A program made the translations under genes and the position numbers. Below, piece after piece: positions 53,030-64,000 of a stretch of 64,000 nucleotides of DNA. The notes beneath the pieces are model-generated. The model did not search any database and was not told where the DNA came from. It was given only the letters and a program-made list of their open reading frames with translations. The DNA is from Nageia nagi. Its lineage: Eukaryota; Plantae; Pinophyta. Positions within the stretch are counted from its first letter, which is position 1. Each line of letters begins with the position of its first letter. The DNA lies in NCBI GenBank assembly GCA_050084985.1, contig JBITNC010000001.1, forward strand, positions 159,836,001-159,900,000, in the 5' to 3' direction.

Positions 53030-54132
53030 TGTGACATCCCCCTTTTATTATTGTAGTAGATTCTAGAATCCAACGGATCCCCTTTTGTATTATATTTAAT
53101 TACGTAATTGTGTTTTAAGTTAGTACTTGGGATAGAAGACTTAATGGGTCAATGGACCCCACTGAGCCCCAAGTGGGACGTCTCCCTCCCAAGTGTAGAT
53201 TAGGCGTTTTAATGTACTTGGAGATCCCGATACATGATTGTGAGAATCCCAAGATCTATTTAGTACTTAAATGGATGGATGAGCACTTAATTTTGCAATG
53301 TTGAGATTGGAAGCACTTGTACACATGCGCCAACCTTAGGGAGACTTCTAGACCCCACGTTGGTCCATGACACCACGTTAGACCTGGAATGACTCCTAGG
53401 TGCCAACGTTGGGGCTTGAGGGGACTGGGTGATGACATTGAGGTGCAATTCAGATCTAGGAAAGCCATATTAACCCTTAGAGCCTCCTTTGTTGGATATG
53501 TTGAATTATTGATTGTTGTTTAAATCGTTCGAAGGACAAAAGCCTTGGCACAGCACTAAGCAAGATCCTTAGGTGCAACATCTAGGAGGATTAGCATGTT
53601 GGGATCTTGTTAGTCTACGGCTTTGGTGTAGCACCCTAGCCCATCAGATGGTATTCCGAGGTTGAGCTTCTACCTTCATTGGTTGTTGGGATTTGAGGAG
53701 GGCTCCTTCAATGGAGAGGAATCAAGTTCTAAGGGAGCAAGACTGTCCCATTCACCATTCATCCGTCTAGTAGTGAGAGACACGTTGTGCCCTAGTTGGC
53801 TTCTTCGAGGCCAACGTCAAGCCCTAGGGGTTCGGTATTATATCTTTAATCATCATTTATCTTACATATAGTTGTTGGGCACTTGGATTGCCATATTTGT
53901 CTTGTATTTGCTTTATTATTGCAATCTTGTGGTGTGATTGTTCATTCTTGCATATTGTAGCCATACGTTGGTATTATGAGCTTGTTTTTATTGATATTTG
54001 TTAGTCTTGGCCACATGTTGGCAATATTGTATTGTTTAAGGCATGCTTAATCTGGATGCCCTAGGTCATACGTTGGAGCAAACTTATATATTTTCAGCTA
54101 TTTTCACTTGATTTTGTAATTGGATCTTTACA
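53030..54132 (+). repeat. 3' LTR of copy D
   Basis: TGTGACATCC..CTTTACA; its 3' part repeats 49509-49960. Confidence 0.92.
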
Positions 54133-55417
54133 CGTTCCCATCAATGAAAAAACAATACACCTCTTATGGTTGGAGTAGTCCAAAAGCAGGATCGAGTGAA
54201 GATTTGAAATTGAAGGAAAGGGAATATTTCCAAAGTTGTTTCCCATGTTCATGTTTGATGAATTTTGTTGTAGACAAAGAGTCTAAAGGAGATAAATGCT
54301 TCTTTTATTCTTTGCACCTATTTTTGTATTGATTAGTTGGCTTGGGAATTGCTCTATGATGAAGCCAAGCACCAAATTGCAAAATTGTGATAATGATTCT
54401 TTCCATGTATTGGAAAAAGAATAATATTTTTGTAAGGATCTTGTAAGCAAGGATACATCAACATGGGTGATTCAATGTTCAAATCAAGGAAGACGATGGA
54501 GATGGCAACCAGAGAAGGTAAGGGAATTCCCTCCTCACAAAATTTCTAAGTAAGCTTTTGATGACCAAAAGCTTCCTCATTGAGGTGTGATCCGAAATGA
54601 ATAATGTAATTAATATCAAATATCATTGGAGTGAGGATTTGGAGAATTCTCATGCTTGGGTGGTGTTTGAAGCATTTCCAAATGGATTTGTGGAGTTGTT
54701 ATAGCTAGAACCTGTCACAAAATGGATCAGTCATCTTTGGGAAGGCATAACTTTTTGTACAGACAGCCAATGGAAACAAATGTTATACTATTGGAAAGAA
54801 TGCAAAGAGACCTTTCCAATGAATATACACATGCCTACCTTTGTTGAAGATTTGACTTTCATTTGTGTTGTATTTGTCTGAACTATCTTTTTTCCTAAAA
54901 CTGCAGTAAGAACGTCGATGTTCTTGCAGTCAATTCACTATGCCAACATTGTGGAAGCATAAGCGTTTCAGGAAAGGTGAAGTGTTATGAGTGTTTCTTT
55001 ATGGCAAATGAAGCATAGGGTCATTGGAAGGCAAGAAGATGGGTTTGGTAGAGGAAAAAAAAGCATCCTTGAGGACCATTTGGGAGTTAGTTGAACTTGT
55101 TAGAGTTTGTTCAAGTAAATCTTTTTCTTGGTTGTACCTATGATTTCAGCAGCTAAGGAGTCTTCTGAGCTGGATTTGGTTGTGCAAGAGGAGATTGTTG
55201 ATCATTGGAGTTGTGTGCAAGTGCTCTGAACAATTGCATTGAAATCAACCTTGGTTATAATCTTCATTCTTGTTGCAATAATAAAATCCAAGACCTCTTT
55301 TGAGTTGATGTTTCCCATATTGGGTTTACCACTATAAAAATTTGTGTTCTTATTTGTGTGTATGGATGTTTTGTTGGTCCTATTTCAGTTTTTTAGTTAT
55401 CAGTAGTTCATGCATCA
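54133..55417 (+). mobile_element. Probable older LTR remnant
   Basis: LTR-like composition ending gttcatgcatca; left boundary not resolved. Confidence 0.4.
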
Positions 55418-57261
55418 AGAACATAGATTGTTAATGAAAAAAAAAAAATGTATTTGAGGATTCAAGTAAGCCATAGTCATATGGTGATTACAAATCATGT
55501 TGAGGAAAGGAAAAAAAAAATACAAAATAACACAAATCATGTCTCCACAAAGAATTTCAACAAACACCAACAAAACAAGAATGGAAAGACTACCAAACAT
55601 TGTTTATAAAGCATAACCATTGTGATTGTTGGTGTCTTAGTATTCTAAAGCCACCAACATGATAGGAACCAACATTCTCCAAAACCGTTTGAGCCTATTA
55701 CTAGGCAACACATTCTTGAATCAAAAGGTTTCTTAAATACAATAGGATTTGTTTGACCATGAGGCACCTGTAAACAATTATCCCTTGAATATATAAGGCA
55801 AAGTGTGTGTCGAGGAAAATTTGATGGACATGAACCCATGGAGCGACAATTCTCATTAGGGTTAACAAAAGACAAGAGGTTGTTTAAAATAAGCTAACTC
55901 CCAATATGTATAGGAAAAAGTATGCAACATGACTAATCAAGAAACCCAAATCAACAAGGATTGTAATGAAATGGAAAATATTCAATTAGATCTCCATACA
56001 AAGATTTTATTTGAAAGTGCCTACATATAATCAATTCCATGGTTTTCAAACTAGGATAAATGCATCAGACTAGAATAAATATTGACAAAAGGCTTCAATT
56101 GCGATCACTTTATTCATATGTTGCAAATAGCCTACCACAAGATTACTCTCTTGATCGTAGGCTTTCGATGGGTTGATTGTCGAGATCATAGAGTATACAA
56201 AAACATTACTCTTGAAGGCTCTTCCCTTCTATTGGGATTTTTTCCTTCCTCTTACAAAGTGTCATCAACGATGGCAAAATGGAAAGGCATCTATATATGT
56301 ATGTGAGGTAGCGTTACTTACCCCTACTTGAAAGGACTGATGCCTCAAATTTTCTATCTTAAAATGTCTATGCTTTGCGATAATATCCTTGAATAGGTCA
56401 CATAAAAGGGGAGGTGCAACAATTAACCCACGTTGTTTTAAGGCACTTGGAGTTTGTTTCTAGCTTTGAGAATGTCTTCCTAAATTCACTAAGACTTCCT
56501 TAGGTTCAAGTTTATGTAAGGGTTTTGAAAGCAGTACAGGTGGAACATTGTGTTGAAAGAAAATAAAAGAAATGAAAGAAACAAGAAAATAAAGCTTGGG
56601 GATGAAACACAATGCCTTGCCTAAGCTCAAAGCAAAATATTCATCACCAATGGTGCATTGTCTAAATTCCCTTTTTTTCTCAAATTAATTAAGAAAACCA
56701 CATTCTTTCATCTAATATTTGCAACAAACGACTTAGTCCAACTTGAATGCAAACATTAGCAAGAAGCAAAAATGCTGGATAAACAATGGAAATGTGATCA
56801 CAAATCCTTTTGAATGTGAGTTTCTAACCTAATGACATAGAAAGAAATCGATTTTGAGTTCAACCACTTAGCATGCAGATTGCAAAAGATATAAATCAAG
56901 CAATAATCCAAATGCTCCATAAGACATACAATCATCTTTTCTTAAAACTATGGGTTTTCAAAGAAAATAAACACAAGCATGAGAATCACAATAAGAAGAT
57001 ATCGAATCCTAGGTAGGTCAGGTGGGGAAGCGAGACACTCACATGATGAGCGTGAATGAAAGAAGGCAAGCCCAGAGGAGAGCATATACGGAAGTGACAT
57101 GCCCTCTTCCCTTACCAAAGCCACGAATTGAGAGAAGGTTGGCTGCTGATTATGAGGATAGGTGGAGTGCCCAAATTTAGCATCTAGGTTAGCAACCTGA
57201 ATTTTACCTATTAGAATGGAGTGCCTGTAGCCAATCTACATTCTGGTTGCATGCAGAAAGG

Positions 57262-58803
57262 ATGACGACACAGAAGCGTATAGAACCAGCTACGGGAGAA
57301 GAATTTAGGAGGGACCAAGAGGTCTGGCAAATCTTATGCAATGGGGGTTTAGATGGATTCGTGGATGCCTTGAATGGCCACAATCCCAATTGGTTTAGTC
57401 AAGTAGCAGCTTCATGGAATGAAGTGTCCTAGTTGACGAGCGACACTTTTCAATCAGCCCCGAATTGATTGAGGCGGCTATGGAGATGGCCAATTCAGGA
57501 CGTACGTATAGCAGAGACATGAGGACTTTGGTTTTTGAAGTGCAGACATTCTACAGGCAAGGGGTTCCTCTCCCAAAGACAAGGAAATCAACCTACCCAA
57601 TTGCTTCTATTCGATATCCCTCGAATGAGGTGGCAAAAATCATTGTGAAACTATTCACTATGGAAGGTAGATACAATGAACTTTTTGGGGTGCACTTTGT
57701 TCTGTTAAACCATTTTAGAGGAACGTATAGGTTCAATCTTCCCTTTTTTCTATATAATTCTTTAGATGCATACACAAGAAAGAATAAAGAGCAATGCCAG
57801 TGCACCATGGATTAATCAAAATCATGGCGGATTTTGAGCGCATGGGGACAAGAAGGGTGAGGCCCCTGTTTCAATAGGTGTCGGAACCCCCTTCGATAGA
57901 CCCCACAAATTCCTCTAGCAATAAGCTCTCAACTTGGACTTTCCCCAACCAGGGTGCCTGTCAGCCCTCCAATTATTGTGGTCTCTTCAGATTCGGAAGA
58001 TTCAATATCGGGTATTGGTAGGAAGAAACCCATATCTAGAAGGAGGGGTAAGATTGTGGATTACTCTAAAGAAGATGAAGAATTGGATGAAGGGATGAAA
58101 GAATATGTGATGGAGGCTGAAGAAGAGGAGTAGGAAGTGATGGCACCACCAGATGTTACGGGTATGGAGGAGAACCCCCTGAGGAACCCCCAAGTCAACC
58201 GGAACAGGATGCGTCAGAAGAGCTTCAGGCCCCTTTAGAAGAACCTGAAGACATGCATTGGTGGTCCCCTGAAACTGGATATAAGGATATCAACTCCCCT
58301 ACAGGAAACCAAAGCCAGAAGACTGAGGAGGAAATCGAGGATCTTCAGCAACACCCAGAGGAACAGAACCCCCAAAAGAATTGCTTTGGGTAGGATCCTA
58401 CTAGCCCTAGTTAGTTACAGAAGCTCATTCCCAAAATGAGATTCAAGAAGATCTATGGGAAACTGAGACACTTTGTTGAATGGGGTCAAATTGGCAGGAG
58501 AGGAAAAGAATGGAGGAATGTTTGTTTAGTTAGAAGGGCAATGAAGGCTATTCAATACCCATGGTAGAACAAACAGAAGCTTGGTAGGGACAGGTGGAAG
58601 GTGACTCTGGCTTCTCATTAGAAAGAGATCCCCATGGCCATCCCAATCCTAAATTCGGAAGGTCTAACAAATATGGAGATGGAACTTCTCTGGGATTGCT
58701 TCAATAAGAAAGACTCAAACTTTGAAGTTCATCGGAGCTCAGTAGTGCAGCCGGTGCGTGGTTGGTGCTATCAGCAGCTAGTAATGAAAGATGATAGCTC
58801 GTA
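57262..58803 (+). pseudogene. Degraded retroelement-associated ORF of unknown function
   Basis: MTTQKRIEPATGEEF..GGLDGFVDALNG..KLFTMEGRY..LLNHFRG..FNLPFFLYNSL, then an acidic/Pro-rich tail; broken by stops and frameshifts. Confidence 0.55.
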
Positions 58804-59711
58804 GCCCGTAGTTTTTTGTTCAACTACAGTGAAACTATGTGATAGCTTTTTGACTTAACTGTAATTCTGCAAAATACCTATATCATCATGTATATACAGG
58901 TTTTGGGGCCCTTTTTTTGGAAAACCTATTGTAAATATTTTTTACCCTTACCCAAAAAAAAGAAGATATTAAATCCAAGAAGTCAAATTCACAATCCCAT
59001 GAGAATGATGAAATTCACTTCATTTTAAGTTATGCCACTTCATTCAATACGAAAAAAAGAGTTTTCAATTTTCCAAAATTTGCTCTCCTCTAGTGAACTT
59101 TAGTTCATCCTCCTCTACAAATAACCCTCAAAGGGGTATTTATAGTTTTTCTAGGCACAAATGCCTAGTGTTGCCCTAATGTAAATAAAATGAAATCGAA
59201 ATTGTGCTGAAATTACATTTCGACTTGTAGAAGAAAATACTCTTCCTCAAAAGAAAATAAACTAAATAAATAAAAAAGTTTTGAAAAACAAATATCATTT
59301 AAAACAAAATCCTTAGCCCTAAAATAAAATCTTTGATCTGTTTGATTTGATCTTCATGTCTCGGAGAGAGTAGTAATTTGGATCTTTCATGAACTCTTCA
59401 ACCTTGTTTGCACCACCTTGGAGCACTTTCATGTCATACTGGAAAACCACCATGGATTCATCCATAATCTTAGATATTTTCTTCATCTAACTACCTTTGG
59501 CTAGACTCATGCTTGTGATATCGGCAAGTCGGTCAATCAAATTTTCAAACTTTTCTTCTCATCATATCTTTGTCTCTCTCCATTCTATCATCTTTGATAA
59601 AATCTTTCAAACCAGCTTCTGCCATTTGGTTCTCAATCTTTATATTCAGAGCTTCTATCTCTTTGAGAGCCTTCGTTTTTGGAAGAACCCATCCTTGATT
59701 TGTAAAGATAC

Positions 59712-60460
59712 CTTTAGATTGCATCCTTGAACTGATATAACCATGTCTACTAGAACCCATCATTATCATTAGACTTTTTTGGAGAAACTGCATTGTTCTT
59801 CTCTCCAATCAGGTGGGGAGTACCGTCTGACAAAATCTTCTAGAATGCAACCAAAATTGGCAGCCTTCCAGTTCTAAGTATAAGCTCCTCTGTTTCTGTT
59901 ATCAAATCTTCAGTCAATACAAAGCCCTCTTGAGTTATAGGGGAAAACACAGGTTCATCAGTTTCTCGTATGGTCATGTTTTCAGCTTCATGGAGAACTC
60001 CAAGTCTACGAATCAGCGCTGTTGACCTAGTTTTTCCATATAAGGCTGGAGCAATTGTGTTCAAATGAGGTACCCATGCTTCTTGGACCGGTGACATACT
60101 TTGGTCTTCAACTTTACATTCATCTTGTCCACTTGAATCTACCAATTTAAGGGCAGCGATGTGGCGCTTTTTCCTTGCAATTCAGCAGTTTATGACTTCA
60201 AGTTTCTGAAGGAGGCAATACCTCAAGTTTTGGTTATCATTAACTGGCAACAATGGCCTTGGCTGTCGTTCATTCCATAGTTTCCTTAACTCAGCAACTA
60301 CGTGTAACCAAAACTGTCCCATTGTATGAAGAGTCTTTATGCCAACTATGATTTCAGCAAGTTGAACAACAAAGTTACCAAGAGAAAAACCATGGATTTC
60401 TGCAAAGAAGTAACCCTTTGAAGAAAGAATAAAGGCATCATTATCACTTTGTTGACTCAC
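59712..60460 (-). pseudogene. Captured intronless Rab3 GTPase-activating protein catalytic subunit (Rab3GAP1-like) fragment
   Basis: FVVQLAEII..FWLHVVAELRKLWNE..CLLQKLEVINC; ETDEPVFSPITQEGFVLTEDLITETEELILRTG; AANFGCILEDFVRRYSPPDW; ISSRMQSKG. Confidence 0.88.
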
Positions 60461-61119
60461 TAATTGCAGTTTATAAAACTATGCAATGCACAACAATACA
60501 TAGGCCTGTATATATTCATAAACTTATCCAACGTGGCAATCAGAACATTCGCCCTATTCTCCGACTAAAGCAACAGTAGAAGAAATTTTCTTCACTTTAC
60601 ACTCAGTCCCTGCAGCCAAGGTCAGAGAAATAAAAGGTAATGAATCACCTCCATCTCCTTCACTTTATGAATATAATGATATGTTCCAAGTTGCCTGTCA
60701 CAATCATACAGTCTCATCAGTTACCCACAAAAGGGCAGCCTCCATATTCATATGAATATCACTCTCATACAACTCTGTCCAGGCCAGCGATCGAAGCATG
60801 CAGTGCTCTTTACTTACTACAGATGCAAATACGCCTCTTTTGTAAGGACGGGGCTGATGAAACGCTCAATGCGTATTCCTTACTACACATATAGGTTCAC
60901 ACTACGGCCTACACTCTTCGAGATGGACTTATCGGCATGTATATCAAATGTTGCGCTCTACAAAACACTCCTGGCCTGCCGCATCCCCTTTTACAATCTG
61001 CATGTTTTGCTATACGGCCTCCATTTTGTCTAACAGTATACAAGCCATCTCAGCACTCCGTTCATATCCTGCAGTCATTGTGCTCTATCAACAAATCTTC
61101 AGCCTTTTGCAGACCTGCA

Positions 61120-61510
61120 TCGCCAACAACCTTGGAGATAAACTAGGTTACAGTATGGCAATCATCACACACTCGAAGGTCCTTCACAACTCCAATAACG
61201 GTTCCAGGGGACGTCTTTTAAAACCCAAAACCAATCGCCAATGTTTTACTATGCTTACAAAGGAGCATTTGTTCATCATCAGCCTTCCACATTAACCAAA
61301 GCAAGTATTTTATTTAGAATATGCCTCGCTGCCTTTGTCTTACTCGAGAACTCCAATTTTCCATAGATCTCTTATGTTTGTGAATGCGATCTGTCTCCTA
61401 CAAGAACAGCACGTACCTCTTTTGTCAACTTCAATCCGCCTAGTGCCCGGTGTCTTCATGATTCTTCTATTTTTCATCAATGTCCTTGCTTCTAGAATGT
61501 CGCCCCGGCT
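61120..61510 (-). pseudogene. Captured PPR E2/E+/DYW deaminase fragment
   Basis: ARTLMKNRRIMKTPG..IEV/VLVGDRSHSQT*EIYGKL..KHSKTLAIGFG..PGTVIGVVKDLRVCDDCHTVT*FISKVVG; HSE has become HSK and the DYW end is missing. Confidence 0.88.
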
Positions 61511-61629
61511 GCGTTCTTTGAAACATGGATGGCATATGTTGGAAGGTTGCTTGCAATCTGCAAAACATTGGCGAAGGCTGTGGAGTTTGGCGTTACATCT
61601 TACAACTGCGTTTACTTTTAAATTTGAAG

Positions 61630-61745
61630 AGTCTTCTCCACTGCGCACATTGGTAGAATGCTGGCAAAGTTTTCAGATTTTCCAAAAATCACCAGGAGCC
61701 TCCTGAAAATGCATTTTGAAGTATCCATTTTGAGCATATTTGCAG
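61630..61745 (-). pseudogene. Short PPR-motif remnant
   Basis: YAQNGYF..EALVIF..ENFASILPMCA. Confidence 0.55.
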
Positions 61746-62139
61746 TCTCTCCTCTCATAGGCGCTCCTACTGCTGCTTCATCATTTTGTAAATCTGTCCT
61801 GAACTATCTGCAAAATCTGAGCAGCACTCCCGAGAAACTCTGATCAATGTTCTGATTGACTATCCGCCCGCTCCATTCTCCACCAATAGAGGGTGGGATG
61901 AAGAAAGCCGATTCTCTGATTGATATCTTCTTTCCATCCCCGATCATTCAGGCACAAGAATACCTCTCAAAGCACGTCAATTCTTGTAGGAGATGGAATC
62001 TATAAGCTGTCCATTCAGAAGAGTCATGAATAAGAATAATAAAGCGTGCTCGCTCTAAATAACTGCCTGCTGCTCAAGCGTTCAGATAGGTGCGAACAGA
62101 GGAACTGACTTTGAGATGTGAAAATAAGGGTCAGCGGAA

Positions 62140-62265
62140 ATTTATAGATTATTTGGACCGCCTAGGGCACGTGGCGACCCTCCATTAGCCGGCTGTGGCG
62201 CAGTGTTGAAGAGGTTAATTCGCATGTTCAATACATTTTAGCCCATTCGCATGCTGGGCCTTTCG
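62140..62265 (-). promoter_or_regulatory. Promoter-like cluster: site-II-like GCCCA motifs, G-box/ABRE GCCACGTG, TATA box
   Basis: TATAAAT at 62140-62146 on the minus strand; CACGTGGC at 62168-62175; gccca/tgggcc at ~62241 and ~62256. Confidence 0.55.
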
Positions 62266-62702
62266 ACTCGTTTAAGGATCTGATAAATCAACAATTTTAT
62301 GAAGTGCGATTAGCTGGATTTTGCATGGTTTTGACATTTTAATTTTTTTAATGTTTTAATTTGATGCGAATTATATACTTATGTAAGATTTCAATTTAGT
62401 GTGACTTCACTATGTAGGTTATATTAAGACTTGGGTTTAATGTGACTTAGCCTTTTAAGTTTATAAGATCTTTAAATGATGTGAAAGTAATTTTTAAGTA
62501 GTCTTCTTTTAGGTGTGATTCGAGTATTTTTAAAGAGGATTTTGACTCAACATTGACCTTTTAGGCATTATTTGAAGCTTTCATCCTTTCTAGATCATTA
62601 AGGTCCTTGTTCATTGCTCTCAAGGCAATTTCCTTCATTGCCTTGTCAAACTTGGGTCCTCCAAAATTATTAAAATTTGGGGTGTATTGTGTTGGCACAA
62701 CA

Positions 62703-63020
62703 CCTTCAATTCTCTTCTTATAATTCCAAAGTCAAGACACTTTTTTTCTTATTCTTCAGCTCAATTCTCAACATACTCTCCCTTAAGATTGAATGGGATA
62801 TTTGCAACTTATCTCTCATAATGAGAAACTGTTTCATCTCACTACATTGGTCAATATATCTACCACTTGATCTTCGCTCTTGTCAAAAGTCAACCTAACT
62901 TGTTTCCCACAAAGAAACTCCTTAATGCAATGATGTCTCACATCAATGTGTTTGAACTTGTGAAACATTCAATTTTTTTCTCATTGTAATGCACTAATAT
63001 TGTAACAATGCAAGATTATT
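62703..63020 (-). mobile_element. Copia RNase H remnant, PPT and start of 3' LTR
   Basis: HKFKHIDVRHHCIKE..DQVVDILT; taagggagagta followed by tgttgag at 62773. Confidence 0.65.
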
Positions 63021-63049
63021 TCTCATTTTTTCTTTTCTTTCAAGTCTTC

Positions 63050-64000
63050 AAAATTCCTTGACTAAAGATTCATACCCCTTAGTCCATTTGGTAGTATTCT
63101 GAGGTTGCACTTCTTCCTTCATCCAAGCATGGTTGAGCTCCTTTAGTGGTGCATCATAGTCCGAAGGAGTGTGGCTTGTCTCTTCCATTTCAAATATGAG
63201 GGTTAGAGGTCCTATTGATGAGGCGTTGACCTTCATTGAGCATAGGGAGTTCATGGTAAATTAGACTGGTCTTCTGAGCCAGACGTCTAGCCCTTTGGGC
63301 CATTGTACTTGTATTTTGAGATCAATATAATTTAGATTTGTATCTCTCTTGGTCTCATACAATTTGTCATTAAAGTTTCTTCTTGTTTAAGGCTGGAATT
63401 GCCCTGTCTTATGTGTAGAATTTTTTTCTTAATTTCAGACATTACAATGGTATCAAAGCAAATATCTTGCCAGCCTTTGAAGATTGATGTAGTCTAATCG
63501 TTACTACCTAAGGAAGAACCAAACTCCAACATCCCAACTAAGGGCAAACATTGAGGAGATGGCCAACGTCCATGATTAGCAGGAGAGACTCGAAGACCAA
63601 AGGCATAATGTGAATGAAGTCATGCTTGATAATGGCGCCCTAAGATATTTGCTTGAGGGACAAGAAGGACATGAAGATAAACGAAGGACGCCACCTCTCA
63701 AAGATTAAGCGGAATAAAAATTTGATATATTGTGTGAATTGATAACTACACTGGTCAATAAGGTCAAGCAAAGTAATGGTCGTTCGACGACAAGAGAAGA
63801 TGAAGTTCATGGTATGGGGCATGGGTCTGAAGAAGAAAGCCATAGGACTCCACTACAAAGATCTAGCTCTGCAAGGGAACGAGATCCAGGAGGAGGGACA
63901 TTTCTACACAAATCAAGATCCGTCAAAGATCCAGGAAGAGATGGACGCAAAACACCCTTGCGAATGCAAGAAGGCAAGACACCCACGTTGAGCTTGGACA
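63050..64000 (+). mobile_element. 5' end of another LTR element running off the window
   Basis: LTR end ..GACATTACA at 63446, then iMet-type PBS TGGTATCAAAGC at 63448-63459 and a degraded gag-like region. Confidence 0.75.

Larger units (their letters stand above)
49509..54132 (+). mobile_element. Non-autonomous gag-protease Gypsy element, copy D (same family as A), with 5' LTR truncated
   Basis: Partial 5' LTR 49509-49960; PBS TGGTATCAAAGC 49962-49973; gag from ATG 49995; protease LIDLRASHNIID; 30-bp array; PPT gataggagaggctt; 3' LTR 53030-54132; no RT/RH/IN. Confidence 0.92.
58889..62702 (-). mobile_element. Candidate large LTR or element segment enclosing the second gene-fragment mosaic
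   Basis: Right end ggggtgtattgtgttggcacaaca is the same terminus as 42260 and 16140; second TATA at ~59140; TG at 58889 is only a candidate left end (no TSD). Confidence 0.5.

Noticed and set aside
56225-56240. CCTTC + TATTG as the left TSD and terminus matching 62702
   Set aside because: Needs a mutated TG, and the surrounding sequence reads as continuous; probably a chance match.

Overview
Plant nuclear DNA, most likely from a large gymnosperm-type genome (inferred from the giant TE-filled introns and the retroelement families). The only intact host gene is a minus-strand soluble starch synthase III (SS3). Five internal exons are present (171, 129, 183, 132 and 112 bp, all GT-AG), and one intron is 21.5 kb. 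I found neither the neighbouring upstream exon nor the last exon, so the whole 64 kb is probably inside this gene. The introns are packed with nested LTR retroelements: two copies of a pol-less gag-protease Gypsy family with a 30-bp/10-aa repeat array, a degraded Copia, a truncated Gypsy, several solo LTRs with target-site duplications (TSDs), and a 4-kb solo LTR containing a ~181-bp repeat. The most unusual content is two minus-strand mosaics of captured host-gene fragments associated with LTR elements. 46.2-49.5 kb holds PDS5, LACS, Argonaute PIWI, PLS-PPR, HAD hydrolase and a probable second Argonaute piece, mostly fused in one reading frame. 59.4-62.3 kb holds PPR/E/DYW and Rab3GAP pieces behind a G-box/TATA promoter. 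All protein-family calls are motif recognition by eye; no database search was run.
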